DNA from: Minisyncoccota bacterium
GTDB lineage: Bacteria > Patescibacteriota > Minisyncoccia > Phycocordibacterales > Phycocordibacteraceae
Assembly (NCBI GenBank): GCA_018062445.1
Contig: JAGOSG010000001.1
Span: forward strand, 58,426-122,425
DNA: 64,000 bases
Reading direction: 5' to 3'
The first letter of the stretch is position 1; each line of letters begins with the position of its first letter. The position numbers and the translations under genes were made by a program. The notes beneath the pieces were generated by a model that worked only from the letters and a program-made list of their open reading frames with translations, searched no databases and was not told the origin of the DNA. This document shows positions 10,343 through 20,062 of the stretch, piece by piece.

Positions 10343-11983
10343 GTGATGGTTTTTTCTTTATCGGCATTTGTTAATCTAGAACTTTTGACTGTCGGCGTTG
10401 TCATTGCCTTCATGGCTGTATTAGGTGCAGTTGTGTATTTTTCTAATACAAAAAGTAGCTCAAATACAATCTTTTTATTTTTCTGCTTCACTTCAATAGC
10501 ATGGAGCGTACTCAACTATCTGTTTTACCAAACACAGGTTGCTGATACCGCTTTTTGGATTATTCGAGGAGTAATCGCGAGCGCTGCGTGGTTTGTATTT
10601 AGTCTTTTTTTATTCCTCTCTACCTTTCCAGAACATAAAATACCATTTAAAAAAACAACCCAGGTCTGGCTATTTCTTTGTGCCGTTTGCGTTTCAATTT
10701 TGAATTTATCCCCGTTCGTATTTACACGCATAGGTACTCTTACCTCAGATGGATCTATCGCAACAATCGTCAATGGTCCTGGAATAGTGATTTTTGGTAT
10801 ATTTGTATTTTTCTGTCTTGTGGGAGGTTTAGTCCATTTCATTTCAAAATTTAAAAAAACCAAAGCACAGGAGCGCACGCCAATGCGTGTCATTCTTGCT
10901 GGTATTGTTATTACATTTACGCTTCTTATTACTTTTAACTTTGTACTCCCGGCATTTTTTGATAATCCTTCGTTTCTCAAGTTTGGAGCTCTATTCATAT
11001 TTCCTTTTATATTTGCAGCATCATTGGCATTACTACGATATAAATTTCTCAACGCCAAAGCCGCGGCAGTCGCGATTCTGACGGCCTTTTTAGCTGTGGT
11101 AATTTTTGGTGAAATAATCTTTTCAAAAGAAACACATTTATTAATTTTTCGCGTAAGCGAATTTCTCCTTGTTCTGTCTTTTGGAATACTACTGATTCGA
11201 GGTGTAACAAAAGAAGTCGAGCAGCGAGAACATATTGAAATACTCGCTGCTGATTTGAGAGTTGCAAACGACAAGCTGAAGGAACTCGACAGACTTAAGT
11301 CGCAATTTCTTTCAATGGCTTCGCACGACCTCCGTGCGCCACTCACCATTATTCGAAACTTCATTTCACTCCTTCTTGATGGTTCATATGGGAAGCTCGC
11401 CCCAGCGGGACAGGAGGGTCTTCAGCAGGTCTTTGATAGGGCAACCGACATGGCAAAATCGGTAGAAACATACCTCGATGTATCGCGTATTGAGCAGGGA
11501 AGGATGAAGTACGATTTTGTAGACATTGAGCTTGTGCCACTTATAAAAAATGCAGTAATGGCGTTCACTCCAAACGCGGAAAAGAAAGGATTGAAATTGA
11601 GCGCCACCTACGATTCTGCACTTGATGGCGTGAAAGCAAAGATCGATGTCTCTAAGATGAATGAAGTCTTGAATAATCTTTTGGATAACACCATCAAGTA
11701 CACACCAACAGGAGAGATGAATCTTAGTGTGAAGCGCATGGGCACCGTTGCTCGTATTTCACTTAAAGACACTGGGGTTGGTATGACAGAAGACACCCTT
11801 AAAAATCTCTTCCAGCTCTTCAGACCAGGCGAGGACTCAAAACGTATCAACCCTGCTTCAACAGGCGTAGGACTCTTCGTCACTAAAGCTCACGTAGAGG
11901 CTCACAGCGGAAAGATCTGGGCAGAGTCTGAAGGTGCAGGAAAAGGCTCCACCTTCATCATGGAGCTCCCGTTGCTTGCCTAG
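10343..11983 (+). CDS. membrane sensor histidine kinase (multi-TM N-terminal sensor, HisKA, HATPase_c); no adjacent response regulator
   Basis: 6-7 TM helices, H-box MASHDLRAPL, N/G1/G2 boxes (NLLDNTIKYT, DTGVGM, GVGLFV); starts 2 nt after preceding gene. Confidence 0.85.
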   Translation: MMVFSLSAFVNLELLTVGVVIAFMAVLGAVVYFSNTKSSSNTIFLFFCFTSIAWSVLNYLFYQTQVADTAFWIIRGVIASAAWFVFSLFLFLSTFPEHKIPFKKTTQVWLFLCAVCVSILNLSPFVFTRIGTLTSDGSIATIVNGPGIVIFGIFVFFCLVGGLVHFISKFKKTKAQERTPMRVILAGIVITFTLLITFNFVLPAFFDNPSFLKFGALFIFPFIFAASLALLRYKFLNAKAAAVAILTAFLAVVIFGEIIFSKETHLLIFRVSEFLLVLSFGILLIRGVTKEVEQREHIEILAADLRVANDKLKELDRLKSQFLSMASHDLRAPLTIIRNFISLLLDGSYGKLAPAGQEGLQQVFDRATDMAKSVETYLDVSRIEQGRMKYDFVDIELVPLIKNAVMAFTPNAEKKGLKLSATYDSALDGVKAKIDVSKMNEVLNNLLDNTIKYTPTGEMNLSVKRMGTVARISLKDTGVGMTEDTLKNLFQLFRPGEDSKRINPASTGVGLFVTKAHVEAHSGKIWAESEGAGKGSTFIMELPLLA

Positions 11984-12008
11984 TTTTAGGCAGGATATAC
12001 TGCACTGT

Positions 12009-12311
12009 ATGAATACACTCATACAGGCGGATATTTTCTTTTTCATTACTGCAATTGCTGTGGTTGTTTGTACTGCAGCGTTTCTTGTTGCGGCGTGGTA
12101 TGTGATTCAAATCCTCCGAGATGTACGTGAAATATCTACGAAAGCAAAAAATGCAGCGGGCAAACTTGAGGTTGATTTTGAGACACTCCGTGCTGATTTG
12201 AAACATAAAGGTACCAAAGTAGGCTCAATTGCTGACATGATTCTTGCCTTTATAGCAAGCTGGATTCCTCACCCTAAGAAAAAGAAGGCAGAAAAAAACG
12301 ATGTGATATAA
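12009..12311 (+). CDS. hypothetical small membrane protein (start uncertain; ORF opens at 11934 but that overlaps the kinase)
   Basis: single TM followed by charged helical tail. Confidence 0.35.
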   Translation: MNTLIQADIFFFITAIAVVVCTAAFLVAAWYVIQILRDVREISTKAKNAAGKLEVDFETLRADLKHKGTKVGSIADMILAFIASWIPHPKKKKAEKNDVI

Positions 12312-12339
12312 TTGAAAAATATTAGAATAATAAACAGCA

Positions 12340-12744
12340 ATGGAAAAAACAAATAATCTAGGAATGAAGGTAGGCATTGCTGCAGGTGTAGCAGCGGCAG
12401 CTGCGGCGGCAGTAGGGGCATATTGGCTTTATGGTGCTAAACACTCAGCAAAGCATCGTAAGATGGCAAAAAGCTGGATGCTCAAAGCTCGCGCTGAAGT
12501 AATGGAGGCTGTAGAAAAAATGGCGGCTATTGATCGCGCTGTATATTTGAAAATCGTTGACGAAGTCATGAAGCGTTACGCTTCAATGAAAGATTCAACG
12601 GCAGATGAAGTAAGTAAGGTTGCTCGTGAATTGAAAAGTTCATGGAGTCATATTCAAAAAGCACATAAGGCAACGAAGAAATCAGCACCAAAAAAAGCTG
12701 GTTCAGCTAAGAAATCAGTCAAAGCTAAGAAGGCTTCAAAATAA
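12340..12744 (+). CDS. hypothetical protein, N-terminal TM (Ala-rich) and Lys-rich C-terminal tail (histone-H1-like KKxxK repeats)
   Basis: 134-aa ORF followed by a strong intrinsic terminator. Confidence 0.5.
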   Translation: MEKTNNLGMKVGIAAGVAAAAAAAVGAYWLYGAKHSAKHRKMAKSWMLKARAEVMEAVEKMAAIDRAVYLKIVDEVMKRYASMKDSTADEVSKVARELKSSWSHIQKAHKATKKSAPKKAGSAKKSVKAKKASK

Positions 12745-12765
12745 TCAAACACACCGCTTGCTAAC

Positions 12766-12792
12766 AAAAGACCCCAAAAGGGTCTTTTGTTT
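12766..12792 (+). terminator. rho-independent terminator
   Basis: AGACCC-caaaa-GGGTCT followed by TTTGTTTT. Confidence 0.75.
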
Positions 12793-12843
12793 TGAATGGG
12801 GGAGATTCTGAAAATTAGATCATTTTCTGCTATTATTGACAGC

Positions 12844-13791
12844 ATGTCAGAAAAGAAAAAGAGACTCCTCACTGGCCTTCAGCCATCTGGGGCTCTTCAT
12901 ATTGGCAACTACTTCGGCACCATCAAACCCATCGTTGACCTCTTCACCGACCACGAAGGACTTCTGATGGTAGCGGACTACCATGCCCTCACAAGCGTCA
13001 GGAATCCGGAAGAACTTCGAAAGAGTATCGTTGAAAATGCAAAAGATTATTTTGCCGCAGGACTGAATCTTGATAACGCCATCCTCTTCCAGCAATCGAG
13101 CGTTCCTGAGCACGCCGAGCTCGCCTGGATATTTGATTGCCTTGTAACGGTATCCTTTTTAGAGTTGGGACATGCATATAAAGATAAAGTTGCAAAAGGG
13201 CTCGAGGCAAACGCCGGACTTTTCACTTACCCAATGCTTATGGCCGCTGACATTCTTTTGTATGACACAGATATCGTGCCGGTAGGGGAAGACCAGCGCC
13301 AGCACGTCGAGTATGCACGTGAAGCGGCTGCTAAATTTAACAACGCCTACGGTACAACCTTCAAGGAACCGCAAGAGTTGATAAGTAAAACGGTGGGGGT
13401 AGTGCCCGGAACTGATGGACAAAAAATGTCAAAGAGTTACAGAAACACAATTCCGCTTTTTGCCACCCGAGATGAAATACAAAAAGCCGTGATGTCTATC
13501 GTAACGGATTCGTCTGGCGACAAGCCGGAGCATGTGTATGCGATACATACCCTCTACAAGACCGATGCTGAACTTACACCTCTTTATGAAGAGAAGAAAG
13601 GAAAATATAAAGACCTTAAAGAGGCGTTGATCGAAGACATCGACACCTATATCGCCCCTATGCGTGAGAAGCGTGCCTCAATCTCCGACGAGGATGTAAG
13701 GCTCGTATTAAAAGAAGGGGGCGAGAAAGCTCGCGCTCTTGCTTCCGCGAAAATGGCTGAGGTGAGAAAAAAGGTCGGGGTTACGTTATAG
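12844..13791 (+). CDS. trpS: tryptophan--tRNA ligase (alt start 12796)
   Basis: QPSGALHIGNYFG (HIGH region) and KMSKS; 315-331 aa. Confidence 0.9.
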   Translation: MSEKKKRLLTGLQPSGALHIGNYFGTIKPIVDLFTDHEGLLMVADYHALTSVRNPEELRKSIVENAKDYFAAGLNLDNAILFQQSSVPEHAELAWIFDCLVTVSFLELGHAYKDKVAKGLEANAGLFTYPMLMAADILLYDTDIVPVGEDQRQHVEYAREAAAKFNNAYGTTFKEPQELISKTVGVVPGTDGQKMSKSYRNTIPLFATRDEIQKAVMSIVTDSSGDKPEHVYAIHTLYKTDAELTPLYEEKKGKYKDLKEALIEDIDTYIAPMREKRASISDEDVRLVLKEGGEKARALASAKMAEVRKKVGVTL

Positions 13792-13793
13792 AA

Positions 13794-13824
13794 TAGCTTT
13801 TAGGTGTCAGCTTCTAGCTTTTAA
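13794..13824. repeat. AGCTTTCAG-type heptad repeat (single arm)
   Basis: atagcttttaggtgtcagcttctagctttt. Confidence 0.6.
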
Positions 13825-13836
13825 CATCAACAGAAT

Positions 13837-15189
13837 ATGGAAAGAATATTAATAAAAAACTTGCCAGAACATATTGAAAAGGAAGTAACCATCCAAGGTT
13901 GGGTGGATGTTCGTCGTGATCAAGGAAAAATGATTTTCTTCGACTTCCGCGATCGCTCTGGCAAAGTGCAGGGAGTAGTATTGCCAGCAAGCTCTGCACT
14001 CGAAACCGCAAAGACATTGCGTCATGAATACGTGGTTGAAGTGAATGCAAAAGTGAATGCCCGTCCCCCCAAAAACGTAAACGAGAAAGTACAAAACGGT
14101 AGTATCGAACTCGAAGTACTCGAAATAAAAGTTCTCGCTGAGGCCGAAGCCTTGCCCTTTGATATGTCTGAATCGGGCTACAATCTTGACCTTACAACTG
14201 AACTTGATCATCGTGCACTGACACTTCGTCATTCGCGTAATCAAGCAATTTTCAAAATACAGGCCGTCATCATTGACTCGTTCCGTGAATACATGAAGTC
14301 GCAAGATTTCCTTGAATTTCAAGCGCCATCAATTACCCCAGCAACCGCTGAGGGTGGGGCAGAGGTCTTTGAAGTTCAATATTTTGGCAAGAAAGCCTAT
14401 CTCTCGCAGTCACCACAGCTCTACAAGCAAATCGTAATGACAGCGTTTGAGCGAGTATTCTCAGTCAACAAAATATTCCGCGCAGAACCATCTGCTACTA
14501 CTCGCCACCTTACGGAAGTAGTTTCACTCGACGCCGAATGGGCATTCATTAAGTCTTGGGAAGACATACGCGATATGTCTGAAAATACTGTCCGGTATAT
14601 CTTGAAACAGTTGGAAGAGCGCTGTGCTACTGAACTTCTGCATCTCAAAGCTGAACTGCCAGTCTTACTTGAGCACACACCGACCATGACCTTAACTGAG
14701 GCACAGGATAAAATTTTCGCATTCAATGGACGAGATGTCCGTGGTGATAAAGATTTAAATGCGGAAGATGAACGCATACTGTGCGATATCGTAAAAAAAG
14801 AAACAGGCTCTGACTTTGTGTATGTGTATGGCTATCCCACAAAACAAAAACCTTTCTATGTATATCCCAATCCTGAAAACCCTGAGTTCAATGAAGGAGT
14901 AGACCTGCTCTGTCGTGGACGTGAATGGCTTTCAGGTGGACGTCGCATTAATAACTACAAACAGCTTTTAAAACACGTAAAAGAGTGGGGTATGGATCCT
15001 GAAAAGATTGCTATGTTCCTTGAGGCGTTTCGCTACGGAGTACCACCCGAAGGAGGTTTTGCATTTGGTGCAGAGCGTATGACTATGCAAATTTTGGGAC
15101 TTGAAAATATTCGTGAAGCAACAATGTTCCCTCGCGACATGAATCGCATAGACTCATCTCTAAGCCAAACGGATTCCGCTCCGGATTAA
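13837..15189 (+). CDS. aspS: aspartate--tRNA ligase, archaeal/eukaryal-type class IIb (about 450 aa; possibly non-discriminating)
   Basis: N-terminal OB anticodon-binding domain, QSPQLYKQ and FRAE motif 2, GxGxERM motif 3; short archaeal-type length. Confidence 0.85.
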   Translation: MERILIKNLPEHIEKEVTIQGWVDVRRDQGKMIFFDFRDRSGKVQGVVLPASSALETAKTLRHEYVVEVNAKVNARPPKNVNEKVQNGSIELEVLEIKVLAEAEALPFDMSESGYNLDLTTELDHRALTLRHSRNQAIFKIQAVIIDSFREYMKSQDFLEFQAPSITPATAEGGAEVFEVQYFGKKAYLSQSPQLYKQIVMTAFERVFSVNKIFRAEPSATTRHLTEVVSLDAEWAFIKSWEDIRDMSENTVRYILKQLEERCATELLHLKAELPVLLEHTPTMTLTEAQDKIFAFNGRDVRGDKDLNAEDERILCDIVKKETGSDFVYVYGYPTKQKPFYVYPNPENPEFNEGVDLLCRGREWLSGGRRINNYKQLLKHVKEWGMDPEKIAMFLEAFRYGVPPEGGFAFGAERMTMQILGLENIREATMFPRDMNRIDSSLSQTDSAPD

Positions 15190-15212
15190 ACAAGCTAGTA
15201 AACAAAAGGTAA

Positions 15213-16595
15213 TTAGAAAGTTTCAATCAGGCGAACGAGGAGACGGATAGGCGTACCAGTTGCGCCTTTTGTGAGCATGTCGTCAGGAATAGATTCCATG
15301 CGAGGGGCAATGTCGATATGTGCCCATTGAGGAAATTTTTCAGCAAATTGCGCTAAGAATATTCCACCATTAATTGTTCCACCGCCAGGTCTTCCAACTG
15401 TGGCATTTGCAAGGTCAGCATGAATACCTCGAACTTCTGCCTCGTACTCTTTCCAAAGAGGAAGTGGCCACACGTATTCTCCCGATTTTTCACCAAGATC
15501 ACGGAGTAGATTTTCTAATGACGGCGTTCTTGTCATAATTGCGGAAGCACGTTTACCGAGCGCAACGAGAGCGGCACCAGTGAGTGTTGCAACATCAATA
15601 ACAAGTCGTGGATCGTATCGCTCAGCATAGGTAAGAGCATCGCCTAAAATAAGCCTGCCTTCCGCATCAGTATTAAATATTTCGACAGTCTTTCCGTTCA
15701 TCGCACGGAGTATATCGCCAGGACGGTACGCAGAACCTGAAACGGCATTTTCAACAGCAGGGACAAGTGCGATAACATTTTTCTTCAACTTTAACTTTGC
15801 AATAATAGCGACCGTAGCAATGACTGACGCACCGCCTGCCATGTCGTGATTCATACCCATGAGTGCATCAGAAGGTTTGAGGTTGATGCCACCTGTATCA
15901 AAGGTAATACCTTTACCCACAAGAACAATTGGTTTTTCCTTACTAGTTTTTCCTGCACCCCAGTACTCAACAATAATAAATTTTGCTGGCTCTATAGAGC
16001 CTTTATCGACACCTAAAATAAGACCCATTTTAAGCTTTTTAATTTCAGCAACAGAAAGGACTGTAACGGTTGCAGAGGTACCTTTAAGTTGAAGTTTGGC
16101 ACTGTTCGCAAGAATGGTAGGCGTCATGTCACCACCAGGTGTATTGGCAAGATCACGACAGTAGTTAATCTCAGTGGCAATTATTTTTCCTTCCTTAAAA
16201 CCCTTCTTAGCGTCTGCGGTTGCTCCCTGAATATAAATTGATTGTACGGTCGGGAAGCCTTCCTTGGGTGGAGTTTTGTATTTCCGAAACTCATAATTTG
16301 CCATTTCAAAATTTTCCGCAAGAATACGTCCAAGCTCATGGTCAGAAATGTCCTTTGTTCCTGCAAATTGAAAATCGAGGAAGGGGATAGAGAGAGCACT
16401 AAATCGGTGTTCATTGGCAATGCGTATAACTTTTCGTGAAATGGTTACAAGTTTCCGACGTGTTATTTCCTCAACTTTTCCAATACCTATTTTTAATACA
16501 ACAACACCGTGCGCATCTTCAACCACTCTAGTAACGTCACCAGCAACAAGGTCAACAGACACGGCGCCTTTGGGTTCAACGAATTCTATTTTCAT
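15213..16595 (-). CDS. pepA: leucyl aminopeptidase (M17)
   Basis: NTDAEGRL signature, metal-binding core, 460 aa. Confidence 0.9.
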   Translation of the reverse strand: MKIEFVEPKGAVSVDLVAGDVTRVVEDAHGVVVLKIGIGKVEEITRRKLVTISRKVIRIANEHRFSALSIPFLDFQFAGTKDISDHELGRILAENFEMANYEFRKYKTPPKEGFPTVQSIYIQGATADAKKGFKEGKIIATEINYCRDLANTPGGDMTPTILANSAKLQLKGTSATVTVLSVAEIKKLKMGLILGVDKGSIEPAKFIIVEYWGAGKTSKEKPIVLVGKGITFDTGGINLKPSDALMGMNHDMAGGASVIATVAIIAKLKLKKNVIALVPAVENAVSGSAYRPGDILRAMNGKTVEIFNTDAEGRLILGDALTYAERYDPRLVIDVATLTGAALVALGKRASAIMTRTPSLENLLRDLGEKSGEYVWPLPLWKEYEAEVRGIHADLANATVGRPGGGTINGGIFLAQFAEKFPQWAHIDIAPRMESIPDDMLTKGATGTPIRLLVRLIETF

Positions 16596-16702
16596 ATAGA
16601 TAGTATATCCGTAGTATTTCTAAAACAAAAATGAATACGGGGCTCTACTTACGGACTTATACAGTCCTAAAAGCCCTATTTCTTGCATGATATAGTTACT
16701 CC

Positions 16703-17428
16703 GTGGAAACAAGCTTTAGCATCAAAACACCCCAATTTGAAGGCCCATTGGAGTTACTATTGAATCTCATTGAAGAGCGAAAGCTTTTGATTTCAGATAT
16801 TTCGCTTTCAAGTGTTGCCGATGATTTTTTAGGATATATTCAGCGCCAAGTCGCATTCCCAATAGGGCAAGCTGCTCATTTCATCCTTGTTGCAGCAACA
16901 TTACTTCTCCTAAAATCTCGTTCGCTACTCCCAGTACTTTCCCTTACTAAAGAAGAGGAGGGGAATGTTAAAGATTTAGAATTTCGTTTGACACTGTACA
17001 AAATATTTCGAGATACCGCTAAAGAAATAAGCACTCTACATTCTAGGATGTTTTTCGGTACTGGCTCTCGAAATACCGAACCTCTTTTTACACCATCAAA
17101 CGATTTGTCGCTTCAAAGCATACAAGAAGCACAAGAGCGTGTTTTAGCAAGTGCACCAAAAGAAATTGGACGAGACGAAGTTGCGGTAAAATCAGTCATC
17201 TCTCTTGAGGAAATGATAGACCGATTATCAGGACGAATTGAACGCGCAATACAAATGACTTTCCGAGATTTTGCAGGAACGAGCGCTGTAAATAAGAGAG
17301 AAGTGGTAGTAAGCTTTCTTGCTATGTTGGAACTTTTTAAACGAGGATTAGTGTTAGTAGAGCAAGAGCAAACATTTGGCGAGATAGCTATTGCATACAA
17401 CGGTAATGCCAAAACCCCAAAGTTTTAA
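16703..17428 (+). CDS. scpA: segregation and condensation protein A
   Basis: N-terminal FEGPLELLLNLIEERKL motif typical of ScpA/kleisin. Confidence 0.85.
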   Translation: METSFSIKTPQFEGPLELLLNLIEERKLLISDISLSSVADDFLGYIQRQVAFPIGQAAHFILVAATLLLLKSRSLLPVLSLTKEEEGNVKDLEFRLTLYKIFRDTAKEISTLHSRMFFGTGSRNTEPLFTPSNDLSLQSIQEAQERVLASAPKEIGRDEVAVKSVISLEEMIDRLSGRIERAIQMTFRDFAGTSAVNKREVVVSFLAMLELFKRGLVLVEQEQTFGEIAIAYNGNAKTPKF

Positions 17429-17429
17429 T

Positions 17430-18005
17430 ATGACACAAAAACCTCCAATTGAAGTAGAGATAGAGGCTGCGCTTTTTTTCCGCGGTGGTGCAATTACAGT
17501 TAAAGAACTCTCCTCACACATAGGGCTTTCAAAAGAAGAAACAGAAATTGGTATTACGAGTCTTGCTATGTCCTTGGAAGGGCGAGGAGTGCGCGTGGTA
17601 CGCGAAGGTGAGACGGTGGCTCTCGCAACTGCACCAGAAACACATGAACTCATTGAAAAGATGCGCCGAGAAGAACTGGAAGGTCCACTTGGTAAGGCAG
17701 GTTTAGAGACTATTAGTATAGTGATTTTCCGAGGACCTATTTCAAGGTCAGATATTGAATATGTCCGAGGCGTTAATTGCTCCTCAATACTTCGCTCACT
17801 CCTTATTCGAGGATTAATAGAGCGAGTTGAAAATACAAGCGACAAACGAAGTTTTTTGTATCGAGCTACCGCAGAGTTACCTGCGTACTTAGGTGTTGCC
17901 ACACTCGCTGATATTCCTGGGTACACTGAAACACGATCAGCTATTGATGAGGTGTTTGCCGGACGCGAAGAGACCTCATCAGAAGAAAGCACTCCGGCAC
18001 TATGA
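17430..18005 (+). CDS. scpB: segregation and condensation protein B (start at MTQKP; ORF opens at 17391)
   Basis: EAALFFRGGAITVKELS winged-helix repeats of ScpB; follows scpA. Confidence 0.8.
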   Translation: MTQKPPIEVEIEAALFFRGGAITVKELSSHIGLSKEETEIGITSLAMSLEGRGVRVVREGETVALATAPETHELIEKMRREELEGPLGKAGLETISIVIFRGPISRSDIEYVRGVNCSSILRSLLIRGLIERVENTSDKRSFLYRATAELPAYLGVATLADIPGYTETRSAIDEVFAGREETSSEESTPAL

Positions 18006-18937
18006 ATCCAAACACGCGCCTAAATTTATTGCTATTGAGTACAGTGTTTTTGAGCGGAACAATTATTTTTTCGGCATGGCCACTTGTTTTTAAGGAGAAT
18101 TCACGCGCAACAGTTTCTGCGTCAGTGTTTTGCGCAAACCTCTCTCCGCAACTCTCTTTGACGGGGAAAGCGGCATATGCACAAGACCTAGACACAGGGG
18201 AAGTTTTGTATGAAAAAAATGCTGATATTCAACTACCTCTGGCTTCACTCACAAAACTTATGACCGCACTCGTTGCGTCTGACGTACTAGAAGATGATGA
18301 TACTGTCATAATATCAAAAGATGCCCTTACACCAGAAGGGGACTCGGGATTTACGTTGGGAGAAAGGTGGCGAGTAAAAAACCTGATAGATTTTACGCTT
18401 GTAACGTCTTCAAACGATGGGGCTCATGCACTTGCACTTGCTACAGAAAAAAAGAAACACGGGTCATCTGAAATGTTTATACAATACATGAACCAAAAGG
18501 CGGTATCTCTCGGAATGTCTCAAACATTTTTTGCCGATGACACCGGTCTTGATATCTCAGAAAATTCCGCTGGAGCCTTCGGGTCTGCTCGTGACATTGG
18601 GAAATTATTTGCGCATATTGTTGAAACAAGGCCACGCCTTGTTGAAGGCACAACGGTAGTTAGAGATACTTTTTTATCGCTCGATAACACAAAACATCGA
18701 GGAACAAATACTAGCTCTGTCATATCCCTTCTTCCTGGTGCCATTGGTTCTAAAACAGGCTTTACAGACATTGCTGGAGGAAACTTAGCGGTAACTTTTG
18801 AACCGCTACCAGGCCATGGAGTAGTTGCAGTTATCTTGGGTTCAACAAGAGAGGGACGAGATGCTGATATGGTTACCTTAACAAATGCACTGAAAACAAG
18901 CATGCGACGCTCTCTTATCTGCAATACAAATCAATAA
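18002..18937 (+). CDS. D-alanyl-D-alanine carboxypeptidase (S11, low-MW PBP)
   Basis: SxxK (SLTKLMT), SxN (SSND), KTG (KTGFT); N-terminal signal/TM. Confidence 0.8.
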   Translation: MNPNTRLNLLLLSTVFLSGTIIFSAWPLVFKENSRATVSASVFCANLSPQLSLTGKAAYAQDLDTGEVLYEKNADIQLPLASLTKLMTALVASDVLEDDDTVIISKDALTPEGDSGFTLGERWRVKNLIDFTLVTSSNDGAHALALATEKKKHGSSEMFIQYMNQKAVSLGMSQTFFADDTGLDISENSAGAFGSARDIGKLFAHIVETRPRLVEGTTVVRDTFLSLDNTKHRGTNTSSVISLLPGAIGSKTGFTDIAGGNLAVTFEPLPGHGVVAVILGSTREGRDADMVTLTNALKTSMRRSLICNTNQ

Positions 18938-18991
18938 AAAGAACCCCGTTTAGGCTCTATATAGTAAAATGAATCACTCGACACACATACT

Positions 18992-20056
18992 ATGATTATT
19001 GACCTTCTTAAAGTTTTTGTCCCATCCGTAATTGCTTTCTGGGTAGGTATTGCCATTGCTCCACTTCTTACGCACTACCTTTATAAGTACCGCGTATGGA
19101 AAAAACAACCAGGAAAAAAAGCCCTCGATGGGCAGGTTGCTGTTGAGTTCGCAAGACTCCACGGAGAAACTGAAACAAAAACTCCACGCATGGGAGGCAT
19201 TCTTGTGTGGGCATCAGTTATTCTTACTATCGCTCTACTTTGGGCTCTTCAATATATTTTCCCAAACTCATCAACTACAAAACTCCTCTTTCTTTCACGG
19301 TCTCAAACATGGATACCTTTCACAACCCTAATTCTTGGCTCATTAGTCGGACTTATTAACGATATTCTCGATGTTGTTGATCGAAATGGTGAGAAAGGTA
19401 TTCCACTGAAAATTCGACTTTTATTTGTTGCCGTACTTTCCTTTTGTATTGGCTGGTGGTTCTATACAAAACTCGACATAGCTTCTATTAGTATGCCGTT
19501 TGGCGATCCTCTCTATATAGGATGGCTTGTCATACCATTCTTCATGCTGGTTTCTTTATTTCTCTACGCATCAGGGGTTATCGATGGAATTGATGGCTTG
19601 TCTGGGGCTGTGTTTGCATCTATCTTCACCGCATACGCCTTTATTGCATTTCACCAAAACCAAATAGACCTAGCCGCATTTTGTGCAACGATTGTTGGAG
19701 CGCTCCTCGCTTTTCTCTGGTTCAATGTACCTCCTGCCAGGTTTTGGATGACAGAAACCGGCACAATGGGTTTAACACTCACCGTTGCTGCTATTGCATT
19801 TATGACCGATACCCTTGGTGAAGGTAGGGGGCTTCCTGCACTACCAATTATTGCGTTCTTACTTGTCGTAACAGTGCTTTCAAATATTATTCAGGTGTTC
19901 TCAAAAAAAGTTTTTAAGAAAAAAGTTTTTAAAATCGCTCCACTCCACCATCACTTTGAAGCAATAGGCTGGCCAGGGTCTAAAGTCACCATGCGCTACT
20001 GGATTCTTTCTATTATTTTTGCAATTCTCGGTGTTTCTCTTGCACTCCTCGGCTAA
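18992..20056 (+). CDS. mraY: phospho-N-acetylmuramoyl-pentapeptide transferase
   Basis: Polytopic membrane protein, conserved PLHHHFE motif, GT4/MraY family. Confidence 0.85.
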   Translation: MIIDLLKVFVPSVIAFWVGIAIAPLLTHYLYKYRVWKKQPGKKALDGQVAVEFARLHGETETKTPRMGGILVWASVILTIALLWALQYIFPNSSTTKLLFLSRSQTWIPFTTLILGSLVGLINDILDVVDRNGEKGIPLKIRLLFVAVLSFCIGWWFYTKLDIASISMPFGDPLYIGWLVIPFFMLVSLFLYASGVIDGIDGLSGAVFASIFTAYAFIAFHQNQIDLAAFCATIVGALLAFLWFNVPPARFWMTETGTMGLTLTVAAIAFMTDTLGEGRGLPALPIIAFLLVVTVLSNIIQVFSKKVFKKKVFKIAPLHHHFEAIGWPGSKVTMRYWILSIIFAILGVSLALLG

Positions 20057-20062
20057 CACCCT

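Noticed and set aside
11934-12008. Upstream extension of the 125-aa ORF after the histidine kinase
   Set aside because: It would overlap the kinase C-terminus by 50 nt. The downstream ATG at 12009 precedes the TM segment and is the more plausible start.
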